Origin: Balanoglossus misakiensis
Taxonomy: Eukaryota > Animalia > Hemichordata
Direction: 5' to 3'
Assembly (NCBI GenBank): GCA_040954595.2
Contig: CM082597.2
Coordinates: forward strand, 1,934,422 to 1,998,421
Length of the DNA: 64,000 nucleotides
Below are positions 12,107 through 23,440 of the stretch, one piece after another. A program made the translations under genes and the position numbers. The notes below the pieces were generated by a model that saw only the letters and a program-made list of their open reading frames with translations, searched no databases and was not told the DNA's origin. Position 1 is the stretch's first letter, and each line of letters starts with the position of its first letter.

Positions 12107-15100
12107 GTATGCGCCTTACATTTTTGTAGTATTTTCATGCATTCTAATATTATTGATTTTAAAATATTGTATTAATTGTACGTTATGTTCAATATGAGCG
12201 TAGCCGGTTTTAACGTGCCGATTGAAACATATTTTTTGATTTTATACATGATTCTAAACTTTAAAGAATAATCGGATATACGTGTAATTTTCACGTCGAT
12301 TTTGTCAGCGAAATATAATTTCTAATTGTGCGTTACCGCAGGTGAATTTTGTTGATCAGTGTCTGTTTCGTGTGCACTTGTACACACGGCATGGGACGTT
12401 GATTTACACAATTGCGAAACGGCTTTTCATGACCAGCTCCATAATTGCCTATGAAAACAACAGGCCGTCGTGTGATGAAAAGTCAACGCTTTGGTCGAAA
12501 AGTCCAAGTCGGGTCATAAAGAGGGTTGAAAAATAATAACTGACATGGGAAAGCAGTGCCCGGCGGTGGTAATCTCGATCGCCAAGTCGATCACAATGCC
12601 GCCTCGTCGCGTTCCCGGGTGTAATTTAAAGAGCGTGCGCAAACACTGGCGGCACGCGCCGGCTAATCCGACCCAGGAGCCGTGACCACTCCAGTGGTGT
12701 GACCACTATGAGATAACCACGGCAGAACAATGGGGGCTGGGATTTTGGCAGGAGTGGTGTTAATCCTCCGTGTCAGTTAGACGGTTTAGTTGTCTGTCCA
12801 AAGTCACAGGTCGTCCCTGGCTCGCGCGACACGCGACCGCACAACGCACTCAGGTGTCGCGGGCGTCAACCGTGTCTCAGGCCCGAGTAGAGCACCTTGT
12901 CGCGCTCGGACGCTCAAGTATTCTGTCCATTACAAGACATAAAATAAATCACAGCTTTCGACAAACCGTTGCTAACATACACGCGGGGACTCCCTTGCTC
13001 TGTTAGTCGGCGATTACCTGCAGTGTGCCCATGAACGCACACATGTGTGTAGTTCAATACTTCACAAGACATCGCCTTCCTATTAGGCGATCAAGCATCA
13101 TGCTGTCCAAACGTTAAACTAGCTTTGTCCGTCGCTAGAAACTCGACCAGCACCGTTCTGCGTCGTGTAAGCGATGCAAACGCGGCTCGTGCGCGCAATT
13201 GTGCAAAATGACAGCAAAGCGCGTCGATATAATTAATTTTAAAATTGTATCTGCCATTTATTAAAAATCACATATTAAAACTGCGTCCCCCTTTCCACGT
13301 ACAAAGTGGTGACTTATTACCAATTAGTTAATTAAATTTCTCGCCACATTGTGCCACTCACCACGCTGTTTTGCAACTAATATTAAAACAGTAGTGCGCT
13401 GTGAAGGACTTTGGCAAACGCAGCGCGGTTTGCGTCGCGCTAGGCACACCCGCTGCACACTCGAACTCAACACGAAATTAGTAAATGAAAGAAGCGTTTC
13501 ATTTTAGGAATATTACAGTTACCTATGCGACGGAGTTTAAGTGGAGGGGAATGCGGCCTTAACTGTGAATCTTTGCGGGATTGTGTGATTGCTACGGTTT
13601 AGGGTGGCATATGTGAAATCTGATTTCGTAACGTAGTCTGCGCCGATGAATGGTATTTGGTTCGTCTCGGTGGCTGAACAGAATAGCCTGCTCGAACGGA
13701 TCCATCTGCGATGTGTCACCCCGACGCTGGCTTTGTGGGCTAATCGCCCTGTGAATGAACGCGGACGAATCGATCGGGGGATTCTCGAGGACGCCGGGCG
13801 GGACCTGTCCGGTCGTGCCATTGTTGTAGAAGGGGGAGGGAGAAAGGGGGGGGGGTGACCAAGGTCACTCCACAGGACAATGACGACGAATTTGCTAACT
13901 CGACTGTGTAGTGGTTTTCACCAAAGTCCACCAAGCAAAGTCGCGGGTGAAAGACATTACTCTTTGCACTAAAAACTTATTTCTTTCTAGCAAACTGCTA
14001 ACGAGAGAGCTACCTGTACTCAAAAGTCACTTTCTTGCAAGTTTGCGCAAGGCGTTCGTTCTCCTTAACCAACAGGTAAACATGCAAAGCGCCAAGCTGG
14101 TTTAAGATTCACTAAGATGATCTTTTTTCTTCTTTCATTCTTTCTTTGCATTCAGAACCTTCTTACGATGCCATTATGCGGGACAGACAGAATGCATGGA
14201 GCTCTGCCCAAGCCACTCAAAATAAAGGTATGCGTGTCTGTCTGTCTGTCTGTCTGTCTGTATCCCTTTCCCCCTCTCTCTCTCTTGTGGCGATATTCGA
14301 ACAGAACGTGGCTTGAGAAGCTAAGCCTGTAGACGTAGTATGTACCTGCAATATTGAAATTTCACAAAATCCCACTGAGTCCCATAGGGCGATATATGAC
14401 CGTCCCTTACTTGGACAATTACAAACTAATATTCGATAATTTGAATTAACAGAGCGCTTTGTAGCGTCCTTATCTTGCTATTTGTTCAGATGAAAAAAAC
14501 CGCGTCCAATTAAAGTTACTCTAAAATGTGCCAATTTGAATGCGCATTACTGCATTGCCTAAGAGACTATCAGTTCATCAGTTAATTTGTGTGTCTGTGT
14601 ATTAAAAAACAGAATGTTCAAATTTTGACTTTTTTGTCGCTGGGGCAAAATATCCCATCACAAGCATATGCTTATTTTGTAAAGGGTGTTGAGTGAACAA
14701 TACATTGTGTTGGAAGCGCCGAGCAGGCCACAGATGTTTCGATTTCGCGCGAGCAAATTGAATCTGGTCTATCTCATCGCGTTCTCATTAGCGTCGAAGC
14801 GTTTTCACAGAGACACAAGGTACTGAAATTGGTGTGAGTGTGACACCTGTATCGATTGTCACGAACTTTTCCAGACCGCTCCCGTAATCTATCGATTCTA
14901 GGTTGCCAGGCAGTTTTTGATCAAAAAAAGAATCGCGGCAATGATTTTCGAAACTTTTTTCCCCGCCCCGCTGCGAATGTCGAGCCCGCGTGTAAAGAAA
15001 TCGGCTTGCCTTCATCCGAGTGTCCACATGTGTATTGCGCGGGAAATCAACAATAATATCGGCGCGGATAAAGAGCGTCGCCGTCCTGATTGGCTGCCAT

Positions 15101-18100
15101 CCTTTTATTCGGAGACATCTTTGATATCGCGGGAAGAGGGGAGAGAGCGCAGAGAATCGCGGAGACACGCAGACAGATTTACTGTACAAAGGCACACGTT
15201 GCAAATTGGCGTTCCTGACAAAGGCGACAGCACAAACGGAAAAACAGCCCCCCAAAAGAAGATTTAAGGATTTCAGCCGATGACATAAAACGGTTCTCCA
15301 GCAATATATAAAGGAAGCCAGACATCAAATAGAGCAATCCCCGTGTCGGGAATTATTAATTTTAGATTTGGAGCGATTCCGACACCTCGGCGTTAACTTC
15401 GCATGTGTTTTCTCAACAATATAATTAGGCCTCTCAGGAGACGGCTTTACATTCTAATTCGGAGCAATCTGGTATTTCGGATCCCCCAGATATAAGTCAG
15501 ATTAGATATTCTTTTATTGGTAAGGAGAATCAAATTAGATGTCCTGAAAAACAGATGTATAGCCCCGTATCTTTTGTGAGCAACTCATTTTATTAATAGC
15601 AAAATGAAGATCAATTTTGGGGGGATGAGAAAAAGGGGAGGTTTTGTATTTGATTCGGATTAGACATTGCGGATATTAAACCCCCTGTTTGTGTGTAGAC
15701 CCGGCACGTTACTCGGGAAATCGATGTCACGCTTTTTCTCTGGGGAATTTCCGTGAAAATCGCTCCGAAACCAAATATCTTGGTTTTTATCAATTTCGCA
15801 ACGGCTTTCCGCTTAACATGAATGGGAAAAGTTGACTTCTCTGAGATCGTCTGCTGAAGCCCCGAGCAGATACGCAAATTAACTCCTTAGCTCCACTTGT
15901 TTTTGTTATAACCATATTAAGTTTCTCCCCGGACATGCTGACGATTTAAGCATTAAGAGTGGTTTAATATTGCGATATTAAATGAAACTTTTTTTGTCTA
16001 GAAATATGGGACCCCGTTACCTCTCTTTACTTCGTTTAAAGTGTTTAGATTTACCTAAAACTGTAGGTTGAACGACAACACAGCGTTCAGACGACATTTT
16101 CTACAGAAACCTATCACATTTTCACAATTTTTCACATTCGGACAGAAATCAACTAAAAAATATCATAAGCGAACAGCATGCAAGTCACGAATCGAATCAT
16201 TCACATGCGGTGAATTTCGCTTCAGTCAAGTTTCACCTTTCGGGGAACATTGATTAGAACGGTGAGCCATCACTTGAAAAGAGCGGGAAATGTCAAACCA
16301 GATGTCAGTGTCAAACAGAAATAAAATTGCTCTATTCAGATGTTAAACCTGTCTGTCTTTCCTTCTGTATCACAGGTTACTCGACCTCATTCCCGGCTGT
16401 TCCAAGACCAGCAGTAGATGCTCACACTCACATTAAACCAGGTAAGCCTAACTTTTCTCGGTCGCGCGGGAAAATATGTTCCCGCCAAAACATCCTGTCG
16501 TCTGCGCACTGCATCCTGCAAAACGCGTCCCCTCGTTAGGAGGCTCCTATGTACTAGTATCACATGTAATCATAAAAGCATATCTGGTGACACGTTGCGT
16601 ATTACAGGGGGAATACGAGGTTCTGATCGTGATCATGTTAGTTTGGAGAAAATGGAAGCTTATTTAAAATGGCCGCGGTATTTATGAAAGACCATCAATC
16701 ACCATGAGAACAGAGTTAACCGAAAACAAAAATCGATAGCCTTATGAAAGTTGAAACTGTAATTCAAGGGAAGTTAATTGATCAGCTAATAACAACAGTC
16801 TGGTCTAATTAACCCGATATAATTATCCCATTATTGTTATGAAATAGCAGTGTAATTGATACAACGTTCTCTCTTGACATTTCGTTTTCGGTCCTATTAT
16901 TTTCGAGCGCAGAGAAACACATTTGTGTCGAAATATTTGACAGCGCGGTAAAATAACCCAAAACGGGTAATAATACGGTAATCTGAACTGTTCTTCTTAT
17001 ACACCAGAAACCTTTTCATCAATTCCAACCACCGATATTTGTCCTGGCAAAGGAATACATCACGTTCTTTTGTTTCTGATGTCATTTTATTCATTTGCAG
17101 ATCCGTACCAGATCTTTGGGCCGGCTAGTAGCAGGCTTGCCAATGCAGGTAATGTTGTTTTCATATAATCTCTTTTGAATGGTGTTTTACAACAGAAGTA
17201 CAACATAACTCCCGATAACATGTCATAAATCTTGTAAAAAGTTTATCTTGTCGCTGAAAGTTGGTAAAATTAAACCTATACCAAATAAAGAGAATAGCTC
17301 ACAACCCCTTTTCTCGGGAACTCTTACGATAGAACAACAAATCAGCTCTTTTACGGCAGTACTGGACATCAGTCTCTTTTACGGCAGTGAGGATAATGGA
17401 CTCTCAAGCCAATACTCCCGTCAATAGGAAAATGACAAGTGAAATTTGAAAGGCGTTGCTCAGTATAAGCGTGTGTTGCTTTTCCACTGCGGTCGTCACT
17501 GCAGAGAGACATTTCCCAAGAGAAGGACGAGAAAGCGTCAGTTTGGGATCGTCGCTCTGAGGTCCCCGCAGGCGGGAGTCTTTACTGAAAGCGCCGTGTA
17601 ATGATAGGTGAACGCGCCGAGCGTATAATTGGCGGGAACACAATAGACACCTTTAAGAGGACCATGGATTGACAAAGCTACTCTCCCTGCCTGCAGGCGA
17701 ATTCGTAGATGACACTATAGCAACAATAAACCTCATTGAGAATTTCTTGCTGTATTTAAGATGATAATTTTGATTATGGTTTGATATTGCCTCCGTAGAG
17801 ACAGGGAACATTGAAACTTCCCACCCCTTATCGCGAAAGTTCCCCCAGACACCGGTTTATTATTGGCCCATACTGCAGCATTCCCGGAATCCGAAACACG
17901 CCACAAAAACTACGAGCGATCATTAAGCTTTTCATCGACACAGTGAGTCAAGATTGTTGACTCAAGCACATTTCAAATTTTCAACGCCCGGCGGCCCATC
18001 AAAATCCTTTACCGAGATTTCTATCGTCAATATGATTTCCAAGAAATCCTCGCACACATTCTGTGCGGTTGTCAAGTTAAAAATTCGTGGGATACGAACA

Positions 18101-21100
18101 ATGCCTCAATACAGTGGTTTTGACAGAGTTTTGACTGCCACGTTGTTGGTTTCGAAATGAATTTGCTTCAAATCTCTTGACTACACGACTTGAAAGGCGC
18201 AATAATGTATTCAAATGACCTCATTATGTGATGTGTACGCCTCGATAAACTTGACTTACGTTCCCATGTCGTATTTATGAAACCTGTCATTGTTCGATAG
18301 CGCCGAACAACAATGGGGCTAATTTTCAGTATAGACTATTTTTGCTTTATTCTTTAGCGTGGGACAAAGGTTCACACAGAAATCGTATTGTCTATCAGAT
18401 ATATCTGACCAGAAGTCCCTCCCCCGCACACAGATTTTGATTTGAACGATCGACGACCATAGCTGCAATTTAAAATGCATAACCAATATTTCCTTCTACA
18501 CACGAGGAATATTTCTATCGCATTTCCAGCGAGTACACCCGTCGTGTTTTGAACATCGCCACAGTGTAGGCCTAGTACATTCTGGATTATGGAAAAGTTA
18601 TAACTTCTATAAAAAAGGGAAATTTTTCACACGCCCATGGGTAACTGATGAACACACGACTAGGCAAAAGCGACAACTGATCAAATGTGGAGGGAAAAAA
18701 GTCAAATTTAAACACGTTCACTCCATCTCTGTTGACAACAAAAAACTCAGGAAAGCGCCGAAACTTGTTGCTTACATTTCGTTTCCAGTGTGTATAAGCT
18801 TTTCTCGGATTCTCAATTTCCGTCAATCGATAATTGGAACCCAAATATTAATATTACATTAATATTATTTTTTCTCAATTCCGCTCTGGCTAATGACTAA
18901 CCCTGTTATCGGACCTTGAATGACAATTTGTGATGGGGTCACTCTATTGTTCCTGCTTTCAACTCTGTTTGCCCAAACCCAACGCCGCATGACGGCAAAT
19001 GAAACCACGTTGAGTGCATTTACGGCGTAGATTTGCGAATAAGTGATTGACTTACCAAGATATTATCGATTTCTAACGTTTCATTTTAATTCCGTTGAGC
19101 TTGATCATTTTTATTAGGCTTTAAATGCTGCATATTGATTAGCGCATGCGTGGAGAAGCGCTCAATCGATCAGCTCATGCGCAGTTTAATCACGCTAAGT
19201 GTTCTCATGGAAGGCAAAGAAGGCAGCTTCCGTTTCGTTTTTAAACGAAGTTTACGCATCACTTGGAGTATATAGAAACTAAAAACGAGTTTTGTCACGA
19301 GCTCTTTAAGGTGATAAATTTTTATGAGAAAATATTCATAGCTGACAAAAAACAAACTCGCCGGCGGGCACTTCAAATTCGGATATGAGTTAGTGGCCTG
19401 AACGCTCATTCCGATTTGCATTAAGACGCGAACGCTGGATATTAGGGACTTGGTTTGACTACAAATCTGAAAACTAATTTCGACATAATGTGGAAAACGA
19501 GTCCTGAGTATGTAATGTTGGCGTGGCATCGCAGGGGATTTCAAAACTACTGGAAATACTTAAAATTCTAACATTTTTTATTTTGTTCGAAAAGTATTTA
19601 ACTTCCTGAAAGCTATTTTTTTAAATTATTTGCTTATTTTGTTTCTTGTTCCGTTATTATGACTTCTTGTTATGTCCTGGCAACATTTCACAAAATAATC
19701 GTTTTCTGGGCGTTTTGGAAGGCGTTCTCCATAAATCGATTTTCCTCGACGAAAATACTTTAGGTGAACCAAAGACGTTTCTAAACCCGCGCAGGCGACA
19801 ACGACGACGGTAAATCAACACCGGGCTTCACATCGACCGCTCTTTTCGTGCGATACGAGAGTTTCCGAGATTACCACGGGAACGGAAATCTGTACGATAA
19901 TAGGCACTCCCGGTCGGTCGCGGTGCCCACCTCTCGACGCAGCGCGTTTGTTAGTAGCGTACACACAGACCGTCCCTGCAAAAGGGATCGTAACTCTTGT
20001 GAGTTTCCCAGCAAATTTCAACGCTCGGATCAGCTTTTATCAGGACGCACATATCAACAATGCTCCGTCGGTTGCCAGCATACGCGGGCGTACAATTCCC
20101 GCCCTTTTTTCCACATTGAGCAAAAAAGCCATCAACGAATCGGCTGTCAAATCAATGAACTGCTCCGCTTTTGTTCAAATCCCATTATTTCTATGTGTGT
20201 GGTGTCAAGGCGACTGGACGCGCGCGCCCAACAAGTGTTTCCCGCCATGACGAAGAGCGACGGTCGTCTGGATGTCAATACTTAAAACAACAACCAATAT
20301 TCCCCTTTTATATGCATGTATTTTTCTCATAACCCAGTCATCGGCTAATTAACATTCAACTTGTAACCAGGCAACCAAAAATAATGCTACCTATTTTCAA
20401 AATGTAATTTTTGCTGAAAAATTTATCACCGGCATATTAGGTTTCATCTAAATATTATGATCTAGAATTTATACGAGGCGCGGTGTAATTGGTTTCGCTG
20501 GTCGAGTACTCGACATGAAAGTGAATATGCAAAGAGTAAAGGAAACGGATGGGAACATCCGGGAAACTTCAAAGAAAATCTACATACTAGTATGTCAAGC
20601 GCTGATATGAGATATACACTATGAAAAGGGACTCTCTTTTCCAGTAATATTCCAACCAAAAGGACTGTCGAAGTTTGTCTGAAAATCAGATCGGAAAATC
20701 CACTTTTCCGGACATGAATTCATTTGTCTACTACACAACTGAACGCGACAATGAGTGTTGGAAGTATCCACTATGTTCAACAGACCACAGACATAAAGTT
20801 GATACACAGAACAAAAATACTGAAATAATAGGCAAAAGTTGCAGCTAATGTCCCCTCAAAGGAAGAAATTGTTTCCGTGGGTAGTGTTTTGTTGAGAGAG
20901 AAGTACGCGGTAATTACTGAGCTAACATCTCATGTTGTGCCGTGTTTCCTGCGCCGTACCTGGGGGGCACTTGCCAATTACCTTTCCAGCGACGCTGTAG
21001 ACGACCGCTCATTGCGGCCCGAACGACGCCCGTGACGAACGCGCGGGAAACCCGTAACCGGAGCGCGGTGTTTGGGATGTGGAAACATATTGGGCAGACG

Positions 21101-22473
21101 ACAGTTTCTGTCAAAATTTTTGATCACAAATTCCTGTCTGACAGGTGTAAGGTTGTTCGTTGGATGCCCGACTTTGAATAACAACACTATCTTGTATGTG
21201 CGGAAACGTATTTTATCGGGAAAAGGAAAATTAATTCAAGATCACAATTTCGTACCACATGATAATAACGACGGGGAAAATAACCTTACAAATGTCCATG
21301 GCTACTGTCAAACATAGTAAACGAATTAAACTAGTGATGGCTTTTAAACCCCGAACCCAAACAGTGGGGTACGCCTCGTCATCAGTTAACTATGCCTTGT
21401 CCGTATACTGACGGCTCCATTAAGACATCGAGGGGGTCGACATGTATGGCTTTTGATAAATACGATCTTTTAATTACTGTAGCAGTCAGAAATTGATGTT
21501 TCCATTCAATGGGCGATGGATCCGACCTACTTGGCTCACAACAGGACAAAATTACAGCGCAAATAAAAAGCCTCTATGTTAAATATTGATTTATAGGCCC
21601 GCTCATTACCCCTTTTTGAAGGCACTTCAGGTTTTTGATCCATTATTAACTCGTGTCAGACAAAAAACATGCTTTTCGTTGCCGCGGCACCGTCTGAAAT
21701 GTGAATTCTTTTATTCGGATCCAAAATCACGGACGAATAGATCAATAAGTGAAGGCCAGACGACAATTTCTGTCGAAATAATTTCAGCGGGTTGTAAGTG
21801 AAGTCATACACAATGTACATTGTTGAGAGACTAGTTGTCACTAAGGTATCCATTAATCTAATGATGCTCATCCTACTAAATTCCCCCCTGTGTATATTAA
21901 AAGGTAATTCAGATGAAAACTTCAAAAGCGGCGTAAATCAAGTGTTTTTTGTCATTATATTTTATAGGTAGTGGACAAATACAGTTGTGGCAATTTCTGT
22001 TGGAATTGTTGTCAGACAGCAGCAACGCTCACTGCATCACGTGGGAGGGCACCAACGGAGAGTTCAAGCTGACTGACCCGGATGAAGTTGCCCGGCGATG
22101 GGGCGAACGGAAGAGCAAACCCAACATGAACTACGACAAACTGAGCCGGGCTCTGCGCTATTACTACGACAAGAACATTATGACCAAAGTGCACGGGAAA
22201 CGGTACGCGTATAAATTCGATTTTGGCGGACTTGCGCAACAGTGCCAGATGCAGTCAGACCCGACGGCTTACAAATACCAATCAGATCTCTCGTATCTTC
22301 CGGGATACGCACATGCCCACAAACTCAACTTCGTCGGACCTCGAATGCCTGCAACGTCAACTGCCCTATTCCCATCACCCACATCGTACTGGTCACCCAC
22401 AGGCACAGCCAGCCTCTACCAAACCGGACACGTACCACATGCCAGCAGCCATCTTGGATCATACTATAGTTGA
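12028..22473 (+). CDS. ERG/FLI1: ERG/FLI1/FEV-subfamily ETS transcription factor, paralog A. Spliced CDS join(12028..12106,14156..14227,16376..16441,17101..17148,21968..22473), 256 aa, no PNT domain
   Basis: Five GT-AG exons (79+72+66+48+506 = 771 nt) splice in frame to give [103 protein letters not shown]...SHLGSYYS*. The ETS domain, the DPYQ..GP.SSRLAN motif and the SHLGSYY C-terminus are hallmarks of ERG/FLI1. Orthology to ERG/FLI1 versus FEV is unresolved. Confidence 0.9.
14156..14227 (+). CDS. Paralog A exon 2 ([24 protein letters not shown]), 72 nt
   Basis: Long polypyrimidine tract and ttcag acceptor, donor AAG|gtatgc, phase 1-1. Resembles FLI1 DPSYDSVRRGAW and FEV exon 2. A paralogous exon lies at 40433. 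Confidence 0.88.
14235..14261. repeat. (TGTC)n repeat immediately after the paralog A exon 2 donor
   Basis: Read directly. Confidence 0.9.
16376..16441 (+). CDS. Paralog A exon 3 ([22 protein letters not shown]), 66 nt
   Basis: ctttccttctgtatcacag acceptor, CAG|gtaagc donor, phase 1-1. A paralogous exon lies at 44883. Confidence 0.88.
17101..17148 (+). CDS. Paralog A exon 4 ([16 protein letters not shown]), 48 nt pre-ETS exon
   Basis: ttttattcatttgcag acceptor, CAG|gtaatg donor. Matches the conserved ERG/FLI1 DPYQILGPTSSRLANP segment. Confidence 0.93.
21968..22473 (+). CDS. ERG/FLI1: Paralog A terminal exon: ETS DNA-binding domain and C-terminal tail
   Basis: tttatag acceptor, then [86 protein letters not shown]. 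Tail [27 protein letters not shown] at 22471-22473. Confidence 0.98.
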
Positions 22474-23440
22474 CTTTTCACCTCTAACCTTTGAACTGTA
22501 TATTATTCAGGGTTTCCCTTCTTACGATTCCACGCGCGTGTGCGACTACCACAGCCGAGTCGCCTCTCACGAGGAGAGGATTTCGAGCTGTCCGTCAAAA
22601 GTTTTAAATCTTAAAACAAATCATGTATAATTCAAGTTGAGTATTATTGCCAAACGTGACATCGGGTCCGCCATTGTGAATGACGTCATTGATAACGTCT
22701 GCACAAAGGTTAAGCAATATTTATAGATAAGTTTCGTTTCTTTTGTTGCCAAGTTACTGTTTCATTATTTTATTTTTCTACGACATCATGATAGATTTTA
22801 TGTTTAGATACTTATTTCTAAATTTGAGTGCGGGGTTCGGCTACATCAAGATCACAAATGATTGTATTCGAAGTGCCTTGTTCGTCACAGTGTCATTCCT
22901 TCATCCGGGAACTTCAGAAGTAAAACGAAATAATCATTCCACGTAGAATTTGTATGTAGATTCCAATATTTCATGTTACAATCGGGACAGGTTCCGGATG
23001 AGGAATTTTTTTTGCAGGCAAGCCTCATTTTCTGTATCAACATCGCAGATTCTCTAAAGTCATTTTCTCACCTAAATATTTTTTTTTCTTTAAACTTTAT
23101 ATTTAAAACGTTACTTTTTGTTCAAAGCTATGTCAATGTTATTATATTATTATTGTTATGCTATAAAGTTCGCGATATCGAGCTGAGCTCGAGTTGTAAA
23201 TCAGTAGTTTAAAAAACCGGAAGTTGATTGACTTCTGGGTAAAGATTATATATGTAAATGCAATCAGAAACCTTGTTTTTTTTCTGATATTACAAAAAAA
23301 AGTGTGTAACTCAATCTGCGGTCTGTTACTTCTCATGTGTGTCTGTGTATTAAACCAGAGTACACCCTTCAAATATTCCACGTTTACTGTTTTGACGCTT
23401 TTAACTGTTAAACTTTAAAGATTATTTTTTCTGCAATAAA
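22474..23440 (+). other. Putative 3' UTR of paralog A ending at polyadenylation signal AATAAA (23435-23440)
   Basis: Very AT/U-rich ~1 kb after the stop codon. AATAAA is followed by T/GT-rich sequence. Confidence 0.55.

Noticed and set aside
12342-12355. Acceptor-like ttaccgcag|GTGAAT in paralog A intron 1
   Set aside because: In the required phase it reaches TGA after four codons, and it has no homolog in paralog B.
14050-14081. CAG|GTAAAC donor-like site before paralog A exon 2 as a counterpart of B's 45-nt exon
   Set aside because: An in-frame TAA lies just upstream in phase 1, and there is no peptide similarity.
21949-21967. ORF-track start of the 174-aa ETS ORF
   Set aside because: The TTG lies in the intron's pyrimidine tract. 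The exon starts at 21968 after the tttatag acceptor.
22223-22630. 135-aa overlapping ORF and other shadow ORFs over the ETS exon
   Set aside because: These are alternative-frame by-products of a real coding exon with no recognisable motifs.
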